From NCBI GenBank assembly GCA_046598345.1, contig JBKJIT010000004.1, positions 69,702 to 133,701 of the forward strand: a stretch of 64,000 bases of DNA, written 5' to 3'. Source of the stretch: Minisyncoccia bacterium. GTDB lineage: Bacteria; Patescibacteriota; Minisyncoccia; Phycocordibacterales; UBA918. Each line of letters opens with the position of its first letter. Within the stretch, counting starts at the first letter, position 1. Shown here in pieces: positions 39,162 through 49,426 of the stretch. Below the pieces are notes generated by a model. It worked only from the letters and a program-made list of their open reading frames with translations, ran no database searches and had not been told where the DNA came from. Made by a program: the position numbers and the translations under genes.

Positions 39162-39389
39162 ATGGCAACAGTCATCAATAATCCAAGTGGAACAACTGAC
39201 TCATCTGGGTCAGGAGCACTTCTCGGTATTCTTGTTGCGGTCGTGTTGGGTATCCTCTTCTTCGTATACCTACTTCCAGCAATACAGGGAACTGATCGAA
39301 CAAATACCTCAACGACTGAAATTAAAGTTGATCTTCCAAGTACAGCAGGAACAGGTGCGACAGGAGGCGACACCCCAACGAATCCATAA
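39162..39389 (+). CDS. Small single-TM protein
   Basis: One TM segment flanked by Thr/Gly/Pro-rich tails; terminator at 39437-39469. Confidence 0.7.
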   Translation: MATVINNPSGTTDSSGSGALLGILVAVVLGILFFVYLLPAIQGTDRTNTSTTEIKVDLPSTAGTGATGGDTPTNP

Positions 39390-39751
39390 AGGATCCCAAA
39401 CTTCCTAGGAAGGGAAACAATTGCATATTTTTTAAGAAACAGAAATGGGTTCACTCCCATTTCTGTTTTATTTTATAAGTTGAACAGATGTTTGCGCATT
39501 CATAATATGTGAGATACGTGAGAGTTAATGGAAATCACATGAATATGAAAAATCACTATGTATTGCAATGGATTTCGATGAGTCACGGCAGGGAAGTACA
39601 GCGTTCGCGTGGAGGTATACTCACGTTCACCACAGTATTTCTCTATGTATGTAGAGCGCTCCTACACCCCGCTTATACATGTGCACTGTCGAGCTCATTG
39701 TTTCGTGGGATGCATAAGTACCTATTCATTACACATAAACCCTATATTAGT

Positions 39752-41722
39752 ATGAACTTATACACGTTTAAATCTGAGCAACTTTCGCACAGGTTGAAGA
39801 AAGCATGGGGTGGAGGAGCACTCACGCCCCAACTTATTGCTATAACACTCACCATATCAATTCTAGGTACATTTGGTTTCTTAATGGCACTCGTAAGCCC
39901 ACTCGCGGCAGAGGCAGCTGAAAGTTGTACTGCCCTCACGATTACGAGCGGGGGAGATACAAACACAGCGGGCTGGACTGCTACTAATCCAGTAGCGAAT
40001 CCGCTTAGTGACGCTGCATATAGTGGTGGATCCCAAAGTGATGCATTTGCTACAGAAGCAGTGATCCCACCGTGGGTTAATCCAGCGACTGCGCCAACAT
40101 TTGTAGGGTCTGGAGCACTCTGGGTATCGAGCGATGACTCGTGGCCAGGAGGCACGGGAAATACTGAAGGAGCAGCCACCACAAGTCAGTGGCGACTCTT
40201 TGAACATACCTTTGCACTTCCTTCTGGCGCAACTGTAGCCTCAGCAACACTCTGGTATGCAGCAGACAATGCAGCAGCAGTATATGTAGATGGAAATGCT
40301 ACACCAATTGATTACACAGGAAGCATGGCGGATGTGTTCGGTGCTACGACAAGTGCTGCGTCACACTACGATGAGGTCTATATGACCAACTTCGATGCAA
40401 GTGCTGGTACAAATACACTCAATTTCGTAGTGCGCAATTGGTCAACTGATGCGTCTACAAATCCAACAGGTCTACTCTACAAAGCAGTCGTGAACTATTG
40501 CGTGCCCGTAACACCCGATGATGTTACGGTAACAGTTTTGAAATACGTTGACGGCATGATGGCTACAGGAAGCTCTACAGGCAATGCAGACTTCACTATG
40601 CAGTCAACATGGGATGCAGACAACATTGGTACGGGAACCGGAAGCTTTGTTCTTAACGAGAATAATAGTCCGACACCCTACAAGGCAGTGACCGCAACAA
40701 TGACGCCAGGCGCAAACTACACTGTGTCAGAGACCATGAACGATACTGTGGGAGCAAATTGTGCTGCGGGTAAACCATTTGCCTTCACGGGTTACAGCGT
40801 GGGTGATAGCCAAAGCAGCGCAGCGTCAGCAACGCCGACTACCACGGCACCAAACCTTACAAATATAATGACTGACAAGACGATCATTATTTGGAACGAA
40901 GAATGTGACGCAACGACTACACCCGGCACCGTCATGGTCTCTATTCACAAGTTTGTAGAAGGAATGATGGCGACCGCAAGTAGTTCTAACAACCTGAGTT
41001 TCCCACTTCGCTCAGAATGGGATGCGACAAATATCGGGACAGGGACTGCACAGTTCACATTGAACGCTTCTACAACGATGGCGTATATGGCAACAAGCGC
41101 TGCTATGAGCCTTGGTGCTGACTACCAAGTGAAGGAGCTTGTGAATGGTGGAACTGTTGGTGCGCAATGCGCTAACGGCAAGCCCTACGCTCTTCTTGGA
41201 TACACAACTGGAAACACCTATGCCGAAGCGGCATCAAAGACACCTACAATGTCACAGCCAGTCTTTGAAAATCTTCAGTCAAATAAGCATGTAATCGTAT
41301 GGAACGACGACTGTAGTATCACAAACGGCGAGCTTCAGGTAACAAGTATCGATTCTGTCGATACGACCGCCAAGGCGAATGGTTCGTTCGCTGATGGATG
41401 GGTATATGTCTTCAATATCACTGCTCCAACCAATGAACCAAATCTCGCAATGCGTTTCAGTGATTGGCTGAAGAATGGAGGTAACGGTACTATCCCGGTT
41501 GCAAACAATATGCGCATTTCGTCTGCCCAAGCAAATAATGGAGGAGCAACGATCCTCCTTACGGGGTCAAACATCTACTCAAGTCCCGCACTTCACATGA
41601 CTGGAGATCTCTCCACAACGACTGTGGGACGACAGGTTCAAATTACAGTTGAAGTTGCTGTTCCGTCAGGAACACCGAATGGGTCGTATACAACAAATTA
41701 TGGTGTTCGGTCAACACCCTAA
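39752..41722 (+). CDS. Large secreted or surface protein with two tandem beta-sandwich repeats
   Basis: Signal peptide ending AAEAA; Thr/Ser/Gly-rich; repeats at 40523-40906 and 40931-41314. Confidence 0.8.
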   Translation: MNLYTFKSEQLSHRLKKAWGGGALTPQLIAITLTISILGTFGFLMALVSPLAAEAAESCTALTITSGGDTNTAGWTATNPVANPLSDAAYSGGSQSDAFATEAVIPPWVNPATAPTFVGSGALWVSSDDSWPGGTGNTEGAATTSQWRLFEHTFALPSGATVASATLWYAADNAAAVYVDGNATPIDYTGSMADVFGATTSAASHYDEVYMTNFDASAGTNTLNFVVRNWSTDASTNPTGLLYKAVVNYCVPVTPDDVTVTVLKYVDGMMATGSSTGNADFTMQSTWDADNIGTGTGSFVLNENNSPTPYKAVTATMTPGANYTVSETMNDTVGANCAAGKPFAFTGYSVGDSQSSAASATPTTTAPNLTNIMTDKTIIIWNEECDATTTPGTVMVSIHKFVEGMMATASSSNNLSFPLRSEWDATNIGTGTAQFTLNASTTMAYMATSAAMSLGADYQVKELVNGGTVGAQCANGKPYALLGYTTGNTYAEAASKTPTMSQPVFENLQSNKHVIVWNDDCSITNGELQVTSIDSVDTTAKANGSFADGWVYVFNITAPTNEPNLAMRFSDWLKNGGNGTIPVANNMRISSAQANNGGATILLTGSNIYSSPALHMTGDLSTTTVGRQVQITVEVAVPSGTPNGSYTTNYGVRSTP

Positions 41723-41748
41723 TTTATAAGCCCTAATTCTCACCTCAC

Positions 41749-42234
41749 ATGACTAGAAAACTTACAACATTCGCATTCGCTCTACTCTTCTTTGGAGTCG
41801 CATGGCTTAGCTTCTCATACGTGAACTTTGCACATGCCTCTGAGGTGACTGGTACGCTTTCTTCGGGTGGAGTAACAGCAACTACTACTGCAACAACTTC
41901 TGGAACAATTGGTGGCACTGTGACAGATGGGAGTGCATCCGGCAGCATTTCTGGTACCGTCACGGGCGGCGGTGGAGGCAGTAGTAGTGGAGGAGGAGGT
42001 CGCGGTAATAGTAGTGGTAGTGGAAGTAGTAGTGGGGGAAGTAGTGGAAATAATGGTGGAGGCGGTGGAGCCGTTCTCGGTGAATCGACTTCAATTCCTA
42101 CGTTTCCTAACGCTGGATTTGAACCCACATCTCTACCAGGCGTGATTGGTGCAATGGCACTCACTACCGCAATCATGTCGTTCCTACTCTACTTTGGATT
42201 CCGAAACAGGGAGGAAGAACTGCTTGAAGTGTAA
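41749..42234 (+). CDS. Gly/Ser/Thr-rich secreted protein with sortase-type sorting signal
   Basis: Signal peptide (AHA), FPNAG, hydrophobic helix, FRNR charged tail. Confidence 0.75.
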   Translation: MTRKLTTFAFALLFFGVAWLSFSYVNFAHASEVTGTLSSGGVTATTTATTSGTIGGTVTDGSASGSISGTVTGGGGGSSSGGGGRGNSSGSGSSSGGSSGNNGGGGGAVLGESTSIPTFPNAGFEPTSLPGVIGAMALTTAIMSFLLYFGFRNREEELLEV

Positions 42235-42245
42235 ACGCGATTATT

Positions 42246-42285
42246 AGCCACAAAAAATCCCGCGCACGCGGGATTTTTTGTGGCT
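42246..42285. terminator. Bidirectional terminator
   Basis: AGCCACAAAAAATCCCGCG-CA-CGCGGGATTTTTTGTGGCT between convergent genes. Confidence 0.85.
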
Positions 42286-42296
42286 CCTGGTTTCTC

Positions 42297-42950
42297 TTAC
42301 AGAGCTACCTCACTCATTGCATCAACACGCTCCGTAAATACAACTGTGCGCTTACTGTACACCTGCTCATTTGTAAGAAACTCCCCACCACAGGTAATCA
42401 AATTGAGCCGTGCAACACTCAAATCTCCTACAAACACCTCTCGTGGATCTGCGGTGTAATCATACGTGCGAACCTTTACTACACGAAAGACAATCGCCTC
42501 ACCATTTTCATCTGTCACTTCAACAAGGTCGCCAATATTCAGTTCATCTAGTCTATAAAATACTGCGCGCGGGACGCCTTTCCAGTTGAGATGCCCGTCT
42601 ATGACCGCGTTCCCAAGTGCACCGGGGACAGGCCCGTGCTTGTACCATGCAACATCTATTAAGTTGGTTGGTACACCCATCTCACCCGGTGTCGTTGTTG
42701 AAAGTCCTACATGCTGAATATGCGCGTCTACTTCAATCGCAGGGATAACGAGACGCATGGGAAGCGCAGGAAGGACTTCCGATAACGTTGCTTCCTCGGT
42801 ATTAAAGATAAGTATGCGAGATTCGCTTGCATGCCAAGCGTCTAGATAGAAGTATGCGAGATATGTAGAAAATATAATTGTGAGCGTTACAAAGCACGAA
42901 AGGAGGACCTGTCGCAGGATTGAAATTCGTCTAAATATGTAGGCCATCAC
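42297..42950 (-). CDS. Class F sortase
   Basis: P.RL.IP.I.VDA, WY..GP.PG..GNAVI.GH, L.LITC.G, YSKR. Confidence 0.92.
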   Translation of the reverse strand: MMAYIFRRISILRQVLLSCFVTLTIIFSTYLAYFYLDAWHASESRILIFNTEEATLSEVLPALPMRLVIPAIEVDAHIQHVGLSTTTPGEMGVPTNLIDVAWYKHGPVPGALGNAVIDGHLNWKGVPRAVFYRLDELNIGDLVEVTDENGEAIVFRVVKVRTYDYTADPREVFVGDLSVARLNLITCGGEFLTNEQVYSKRTVVFTERVDAMSEVAL

Positions 42951-43123
42951 AAAGCTAGCCGCACTCTTCCTCGTAGCATTATATTGACGTTTTTAGTCTC
43001 GTGTGTTGAAAAATAATACTCGTCTCTGCATTGGTACTATGCGTATGAGGAGTTGGAGTAGGAAGCTCACTTCAAAACTCCAAATAAAAACAAACGCGAC
43101 CAGCTAGGTCGCGTTCAGGTACA

Positions 43124-43393
43124 TTACCTTTTCGGCAAGCCGAAAAATGCAATGATGTGCTCGAGGGCCGCTTCTTTTGTAGTTACGATCGTGGCACGCT
43201 CCACCATGTAGGTAGCTCCTGTGAAAAATCCGAAACCACTTCCGCAGCGCCACTCGACCAGCATACAGGTACGCTCTTTCCAGATATCAATCCAGTGGAT
43301 TTGCTTTTGGTGAGAAACTTCAATCTGTGCCACAACTCCATTGAACTGTTTAAGTTTTTCGACAATCCATTCAGGTTCCGTGTGCTCACTCAT
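43124..43393 (-). CDS. Hypothetical protein
   Basis: AAAGGA RBS; hairpin terminator at 43093-43115. Confidence 0.55.
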   Translation of the reverse strand: MSEHTEPEWIVEKLKQFNGVVAQIEVSHQKQIHWIDIWKERTCMLVEWRCGSGFGFFTGATYMVERATIVTTKEAALEHIIAFFGLPKR

Positions 43394-43527
43394 CGTTGTA
43401 TCCTTTCATTAGAAATACAGTCTGACGTTATCCTACCCAAGTTGCCGAAAAAGGCAAATGCAGTTCATTCGCACAGAAAAAACGGCCCGTGCGCGGGCCG
43501 CTTTTTCACTATGCGATTGTGTCCGGA

Positions 43528-44478
43528 TTAGTACCCGTCGTATCCGCTTGGTACATCAATCTCCACACCATCAGCATTTCGAAGACGGTAGCTACCATCT
43601 GGGTTCGTTTCCACACTCCGTCCATCCGCAGCATTAATGCTCGCATCGCTTCCATTAATATTAGCTGAGCCGTTATCTCCGCTTGAGTTCACGTTACCCA
43701 TAATGTCGACGCTTGCGTTGAACTCACTCCGATCAATACTGTTTCCTCCAATTTCCATAAATGCATTTTGGATCTCAGTATTGCTGTCGGTGTCGTAATA
43801 TTTCCCGCATCCATTTTCTGCGATGTCACTGAGCTGAGCCTCCACCATGCCTCCTACACCAAGTCCAATAACCTGCGTTTTAATACCCATTTCACAGAGC
43901 ATTTTAGCCACCTGGATTGGATTTCCTCCACAGGTTTCTTCACCGTCGCTGAGGAGTACTACCGTATTGTCATCACCTCCTGCGCGTTTCAGAATATCGT
44001 GCGCCTTTGTAAGCGAATCAGCAATTGGTGTCCATCCTGTAGGCATAAGATTGTTGATGTACCCTTGTGCTACAGAAACATTCACTGGACCCAATGGAAA
44101 TACTTCCTCAATTCCTGCACATGAAATATTCTTCTTAGCCTGTGAATTATCTCCCTTGTGGCCGTACACCACGACACTGAGTCGGACATTTTCTGTGAGA
44201 CCTGCAATAAATTTTGAAGCAGCAGTCTTAGCTACGTTAATCCGACTTTCTCCGGATGGAACCTTTTCTGCCATACTTCCTGAGTCATCAAATACAAGTA
44301 CCATGTGTTTTACTGGATCGTTCGCATCGTCCTTCATGGCCAAATCTCCTTCGCCCGTCTTGGTATTCGTAGTAACCCCTGTATCTAAGCTGACGTTCGG
44401 GAAAAACATTTTGAGTGCAATCGCGCCAAGCAAAATGACAACAATGACTCCTATTCCTATAACTACCTTCGAATTCAT
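43528..44478 (-). CDS. Membrane-anchored VWA domain protein
   Basis: MIDAS D.SGSM, GWTPIA, LLSDGEETCGGNP; terminator at 43476-43507. Confidence 0.88.
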   Translation of the reverse strand: MNSKVVIGIGVIVVILLGAIALKMFFPNVSLDTGVTTNTKTGEGDLAMKDDANDPVKHMVLVFDDSGSMAEKVPSGESRINVAKTAASKFIAGLTENVRLSVVVYGHKGDNSQAKKNISCAGIEEVFPLGPVNVSVAQGYINNLMPTGWTPIADSLTKAHDILKRAGGDDNTVVLLSDGEETCGGNPIQVAKMLCEMGIKTQVIGLGVGGMVEAQLSDIAENGCGKYYDTDSNTEIQNAFMEIGGNSIDRSEFNASVDIMGNVNSSGDNGSANINGSDASINAADGRSVETNPDGSYRLRNADGVEIDVPSGYDGY

Positions 44479-44539
44479 GATGAAAAAACTAAATGATAAT
44501 CTTCATAATCTAGTATACCAGGTCAAATCCTTGGGAATT

Positions 44540-45330
44540 CTACTTCATTTCCTCAATCATTGTGGCACTGATGATCCCGATAATATCGTATTTTTGAATG
44601 CTGCTTAGCATTTCTACTCCCGTCACGACGCCCGAAACACGAACCAGGGTTCCTGTGGGGAAGTCGACAGGATACTGAGACATGAGTGAGGTGTTGAGTG
44701 CTATCGGTCTTCACTATTTGCTACCTTAATGCCAATTGCACATTCAAGTGTTTGCTCTCTTTGGGTATTTTTGTGCGGCAAACATTCAGTGTAACCAATG
44801 ATCGTCTCATGTTTCGGAAGCTCACTATATGTACCTTTCATAGCTCCCACTATGAGCCATGCACCACTCCGCTCTTCAAGCATGAGCGTAACAGGTAAGA
44901 CCGCTACAACAGCTTTACCAGTGCCCGCCTCTTCATTCATAACTTCAATAATATTTCCTTCCACTACAAACTGATCTCCCGTCCTTCGCACTTCAACAAT
45001 ATCAATACGCTCAGGCCACGGGCTCGAAGTACTTCGCCCGAGTGCCGCAGCATTGTCTTTCGCCCATGCTTCAATGAGTTCTGGCGAAATATAAGGAGAA
45101 TAGTGTTCCATCATCGTCGCTCGGCGCGCATCAGTCGGTGCAACAAGAGAAACCATTTGCAGTTTGGTGCCAAACGCAGTTACGAGTTTCCGAACTTCAG
45201 TTTCGGCGGAGTTCGATACGGTAGGTGAGAGCGGGGAAGATTCGTTTGTATTTTTCGTATACCAATAGCTGAGCGCAATAAGTATGAGTAACCCCAAGAT
45301 ACCAACTTGCATTTTAACTCTCTGTGTCAT
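44540..45330 (-). pseudogene. Membrane-anchored hypothetical protein with a 1-nt frameshift at about 44701
   Basis: After CLPHK...ECAIG...EDR the shifted frame continues ALNTSLMSQYPVDFPTG...QKYDIIGIISATMIEEMK*. Confidence 0.6.
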
Positions 45331-45518
45331 ACGAACAGTATAGCAAAACGAGGTTTCGAGTCGTCATTTCAACACCATGTGTTTATCCCACCCATACTGT
45401 CGTAAAAATAAGTCTTGAGGTGTGTTGCTCCAGGTCTCATTATATGACAGTATGCGTGCTGGTTTCGTGAACTGAGTCCATCCATTACTGTTAGGCTTCA
45501 ATATGAAGGAGATCTCCT

Positions 45519-45956
45519 GTGATCATCTTGCAACTGCTGCTGTTTCCATTTTGCGTACTGTTCTTTCATTTGCACTGGGTCGGGCTCGTCTTTGCCGGCT
45601 CACTTGTCCTCGCACTTCTCGTTAACGTAGTGACGAGCATCCCCATTCTTTCTCTGTATCTTGCCGTGGGTGGTTGGATATATCTCGGCATGGTGATGTT
45701 TACATTCTGTTTCAATATTGCTCAGTACTACGAAGCGTGCAGAATAAAGCCGTGTCGGAATCTGCTGGGGCATTGGCATCACTACTCGACTGGGGAAATA
45801 CTCATGGATGTATTGTTCGGAGCCATATGGCCGATCTATATGTGGAAGGTACACCAAGAAGCGTGTGAGCGCAGAGAAAGTCTATCTGGTCTCATCATGA
45901 GGACGACGAAGTTCTGTTTCGGTCGTCTCAAAAATCGAGTGAGAAATAGTGACTGA
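45519..45956 (+). CDS. Hypothetical membrane protein
   Basis: GAAGGAG RBS, GTG start, hydrophobic segments. Confidence 0.55.
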   Translation: MIILQLLLFPFCVLFFHLHWVGLVFAGSLVLALLVNVVTSIPILSLYLAVGGWIYLGMVMFTFCFNIAQYYEACRIKPCRNLLGHWHHYSTGEILMDVLFGAIWPIYMWKVHQEACERRESLSGLIMRTTKFCFGRLKNRVRNSD

Positions 45957-46121
45957 ACAACGAAGGGTTCCAATCGCTTGAGGAAAGACTCCTCCGGCGA
46001 TTTTTTTTTGCAATCTTTCCTGAGGCACAGTAGCGAATTGGATTCAGATTTTTATAAGCGCTCAAAATTCCCCACTCCAGTCTCAAAAGAAGAAATTTCA
46101 TAGAGATTTTATTTCTTTTTG

Positions 46122-46156
46122 TGGAGCACACACAGGGTAACCCTGTGTGTGCTCCA
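46122..46156. repeat. 35-bp perfect inverted repeat
   Basis: TGGAGCACACACAGGGT-A-ACCCTGTGTGTGCTCCA. Confidence 0.85.
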
Positions 46157-46215
46157 TATAAATCACCTTCATGATGCTTAAAAAAAGTAATCTCGTTATT
46201 GTGGTATAATGAGCT

Positions 46216-46446
46216 GTGATTAAGAAAGGAAACGAAAAACCAGTCGACGTTCAGTTATCCTTAGCAGCTTTTATCCAGTCGTATAACGAGAATATGCCAG
46301 AAGGGTATGCTCGTGCCTCTGAGGAACAACTTCTCCAATTTAAGGATGACCACGGAACACTTTTCAAAAATGGTGACATGTGGTCTATCGATCAACATCG
46401 CAAAAGAATCATTGATTGGCTGCCTCAGGCTAATCGAGTACGATAA
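46216..46446 (+). CDS. Hypothetical protein (76 aa)
   Basis: TATAAT-N5-GTG start; WS.D.HRKR..DWL motif. Confidence 0.65.
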   Translation: MIKKGNEKPVDVQLSLAAFIQSYNENMPEGYARASEEQLLQFKDDHGTLFKNGDMWSIDQHRKRIIDWLPQANRVR

Positions 46447-46541
46447 AGGAAGGGTACAGACAAAAGAAGAACGCCTCTAGAGATGCATTTTTTGTGATAC
46501 CAGCATATTTTGAGAGATTGGAATCAAGTAGTTATTCTGTG

Positions 46542-47024
46542 CTAACCCTGACGGGCTGCCAGAATGGCAGCAATGTCAATTTTCTGCATGGTCATCATCG
46601 CGTCGAAGGCGCGCTTTGCCTCGGCCCCACCAATCGCCAACGCTTCAATTAAGACGCGCGGCGTAATTTGCCACGACACGCCCCACTTGTCCTTGCACCA
46701 ACCACACTGGCTTTCTTGTCCGCCATTCTGTACGATTGCGTTCCAGTAACGATCTGTCTCTTCTTGGTCATCTGTTGCAATCTGAAAAGAAAAGGCCTCG
46801 CTTTGCTTGAAGGTCGGTCCACCATTTAGTCCTACACAGGGAACTCCACAAACAGTAAACTCAACAGTGAGCACATCGCCTTCCTTGCCGTCCGGAAAAT
46901 TTGACGGGGCTGTACGAACGGCAGTTACGTTACTGTCCGGGAACGTAGCAGCATAAAACTCAGCTGCCGCTTGTGCATCTTTTTCGTACCAGATGCAAAT
47001 GGTATTTTTTGGTTGTGTATTCAT
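46542..47024 (-). CDS. VOC/PhnB-like (3-dmu-9_3-mt family) protein
   Basis: LNGGP.F...EAFSF, QEE.DRYW, CGW.KDKWG.SWQI.P. Confidence 0.92.
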   Translation of the reverse strand: MNTQPKNTICIWYEKDAQAAAEFYAATFPDSNVTAVRTAPSNFPDGKEGDVLTVEFTVCGVPCVGLNGGPTFKQSEAFSFQIATDDQEETDRYWNAIVQNGGQESQCGWCKDKWGVSWQITPRVLIEALAIGGAEAKRAFDAMMTMQKIDIAAILAARQG

Positions 47025-47146
47025 GAGTACATTGTAACAATCTTTTATGTAGCTGACATTAATGAAAGTTGGAATCAAATAATTTCCTATTTATTAAAGC
47101 CCCGAAGCAACTAAATGCTTGACGGGGCTTGCCGGGAGACGGCTTA

Positions 47147-47398
47147 TTAGAAAACTTCAATAATGTGCATGGTCTTCGGCATGTGGGAGGGAACACCATC
47201 ACGAAGCATCATGGCATTCGCACTCGGGGTGATATATGGTTTCGATTCATCCTCACCAAATTTGATGAAAATGTTGAACCCTCCCCGAAATCCACCGTGT
47301 CCTGAGTCGTCACCATCGATTGGAAAACCGATGAATTTCTTGCCCACCTTAAGTTCGCCGAAAGTTAACGGTTTGCTCTGGGTATTTTGAGTGCTCAC
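47147..47398 (-). CDS. Hypothetical protein
   Basis: AAGGAG RBS, TTGACA-N16-TATTCT promoter, hairpin at 47097-47130. Confidence 0.6.
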   Translation of the reverse strand: MSTQNTQSKPLTFGELKVGKKFIGFPIDGDDSGHGGFRGGFNIFIKFGEDESKPYITPSANAMMLRDGVPSHMPKTMHIIEVF

Positions 47399-47470
47399 TA
47401 CATTTCTCCTTCGTTATGAAAAACTCTTAAGCTAAGAAGAGAATAACATACTAAACATGTTTGTCAAGTT

Positions 47471-47498
47471 GTGACCAACGTTAGAGTGAATTGGAACC
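47471..47498 (+). repeat. att-like site GTGACC-N17-GAAC, copy 1
   Basis: 24/28 identical to 49399-49426; shares GTGACC with the tRNA-Glu 3' end. Confidence 0.6.
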
Positions 47499-47508
47499 GG
47501 TTATTTAA

Positions 47509-47916
47509 CTACCGGATTCTGCTTTTGAATTGAGGATCGTTTCGCAAATCTGAAGATACTAAGGTGATTAAAATTGGAGCGCGCGTTACTACCACAGAAG
47601 CTATTTCTCTATCACCTCGAAGCTCTGTAGATGCCCAATTAAAGGCGTAGGGCGCCTGTTTTACCGCTTCAAGCACAACCTCACGATCGTTTTGAAGATT
47701 TTCAGAGGCATACTGAAGTAAAGCGCCGTCTATTTTTACTCTTTCTAATACAAATTTTTTATCATCAGCATACTTTTCCCAGTCCCGAGCTTCATTTTCT
47801 GAAAGTGCTTCGGTCTGAGCATCTGCATATTTTTCTGCATTTTCAAATGCCTCTTTAGCAGCATCAAATTCATCACTTGTAACTTGGCGAATCTGTTCAG
47901 GTTTTTCTGGTGTCAT
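47509..47916 (-). CDS. DUF4116 repeat protein
   Basis: D...VL..V...G..L.YAS..L.ND.EVVL.AV repeats. Confidence 0.8.
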   Translation of the reverse strand: MTPEKPEQIRQVTSDEFDAAKEAFENAEKYADAQTEALSENEARDWEKYADDKKFVLERVKIDGALLQYASENLQNDREVVLEAVKQAPYAFNWASTELRGDREIASVVVTRAPILITLVSSDLRNDPQFKSRIR

Positions 47917-48062
47917 ATATTCTATTGAATCATACAACTTCAAAATGTACACCTCAGTGAGTGGAGTAGAATCGAAGCTTACAGCTTCAGTACCCGTTAC
48001 GGCTACTTTTCTTCACTGCGCTCTAAAAGATAGCTTGCAACGGCTTCGATTCCCTGGACTAT

Positions 48063-48089
48063 GCTCCATTGGTCAGCCCTATGACAACA
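48063..48089 (+). repeat. 27-bp palindromic-core site, copy 1
   Basis: GCTCCATTGGTCAGCCCTATGACAACA; 26/27 identical to the copies at 55979, 56034 and 56531. Confidence 0.85.
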
Positions 48090-49323
48090 TCTCAACCCTC
48101 GCAGCCTCTCTATGGTCATTCTTTTGAAGTGGAAGTGAAAATGAAAATATCGAACCTACCCCTAGCTCACTCTGGACATCCAGTGTTCCATTATGAGCCT
48201 TAATGATATCGCTACAAATATAAAGGCCGAGACCTAGGCCAATCGTTTTCGTGTCAGTTCGTACTCGGTAGAATCGATCAAATATTTTAGTACAATCTGC
48301 TTTAGCGATACCGTGACCAAAATCCTTTACACTTACTATAGCTTCAGAACTTGTCTGATTAACAGTAATTTCGATTCTTTCTGATTGTGGAGCATATTTA
48401 ATTGCATTGCCTAGCAAGTTAGTTAACACTTGGGTTATTTTATCTTTGTCTGCGTGAACAATAAGGTTTGTATGCGAATACATGAGTACAAATTTTTGCG
48501 ATGAGTGATTTTGAAAATAGTTAACTGCATCGTTAACAAGCTGATTTAGATCGAAGTTTTCTTTTTGCAGATGTACTTCTCCATTTTTGAGGGCACGTAT
48601 ATCAAAAAGACGAGTCACAAGCGAGTCGAGATGATCTATTTGGGTATCAATGTTCCCAACATCCATATCTAAATCCTCGGAATTGTTTGTGGAAAGTTTG
48701 TGTTGCAACAATTGTGTATATGCTTTCAAACTTGTAAGAGGTGTTCTAATTTCATGAGCAGCTATTAAGACAAACTCGTCCAATGCGGATGCTGCTTGAC
48801 GTAATTCAATTTCAGTCAGCACGGATTTCGACAGTTCGACTAAGATTTCTAATTCATCTTCAGTCCAGATTCTTTTCTTATAATCAACTACACAGCACGT
48901 ACCAAGAATAAGCCCTTGTTTTGTGATAAGCGGAATGCCTGCGTACGCAACTACACCTAGGTAATGCACCGAGGGGAAGTGACGAAAAATTTCTGATTCG
49001 CGTGCGTCCTCCAAGACAAGTGGTTCACCACTGTCGACAATATGCTGGCAAAATGATGGGTGGGCAGTAATTTCTCTACTTTCCGCAAGTGGAGCAGGGA
49101 GCCCGAAATGACTCTTTAAAAAATCACGATCCTTTTCAAGTATTGTCACAAACGAAATGGGGGTTTTAAGGAGTTTCGATGCTAATCGTGTAAGCCGGTC
49201 AAACGCCTCTTCTTCGCCAGTATCAATTAAATTTATTTTCTTTACAGCATTTAATCGACGCGCATTATTGACCGTATCACGAATTTTTTTGATGTGACCA
49301 TCTATGGGAGAATCATTCGACAT
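48079..49323 (-). CDS. GAF-domain sensor histidine kinase
   Basis: EEAFDRLTRLA GAF, AHEIRTPLT H-box, NL..NAIKY, GLGLGL. Confidence 0.92.
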   Translation of the reverse strand: MSNDSPIDGHIKKIRDTVNNARRLNAVKKINLIDTGEEEAFDRLTRLASKLLKTPISFVTILEKDRDFLKSHFGLPAPLAESREITAHPSFCQHIVDSGEPLVLEDARESEIFRHFPSVHYLGVVAYAGIPLITKQGLILGTCCVVDYKKRIWTEDELEILVELSKSVLTEIELRQAASALDEFVLIAAHEIRTPLTSLKAYTQLLQHKLSTNNSEDLDMDVGNIDTQIDHLDSLVTRLFDIRALKNGEVHLQKENFDLNQLVNDAVNYFQNHSSQKFVLMYSHTNLIVHADKDKITQVLTNLLGNAIKYAPQSERIEITVNQTSSEAIVSVKDFGHGIAKADCTKIFDRFYRVRTDTKTIGLGLGLYICSDIIKAHNGTLDVQSELGVGSIFSFSLPLQKNDHREAARVEMLS

Positions 49324-49398
49324 AAAGCAATTATATATTAAAACGAGTATTTGAGGTAAAAATGAAAATTTTCATCTCGTATTCATTTTTCCCTATAG

Positions 49399-49426
49399 GT
49401 GACCCACATTAGTGCGAATTGGAACC
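49399..49426 (+). repeat. att-like site GTGACC-N17-GAAC, copy 2
   Basis: GTGACCCACATTAGTGCGAATTGGAACC. Confidence 0.6.

Noticed and set aside
39560-39750. Riboswitch upstream of the surface protein gene
   Set aside because: Only short hairpins are present, and no known aptamer consensus was recognised.
41960-42070. GGT/AGT microsatellite-like tract
   Set aside because: Explained by the Gly/Ser-rich linker coding sequence.
43847-44608. 253-aa plus-strand ORF and many similar overlapping ORFs in the track
   Set aside because: They are antisense or off-frame shadows of well-supported genes.
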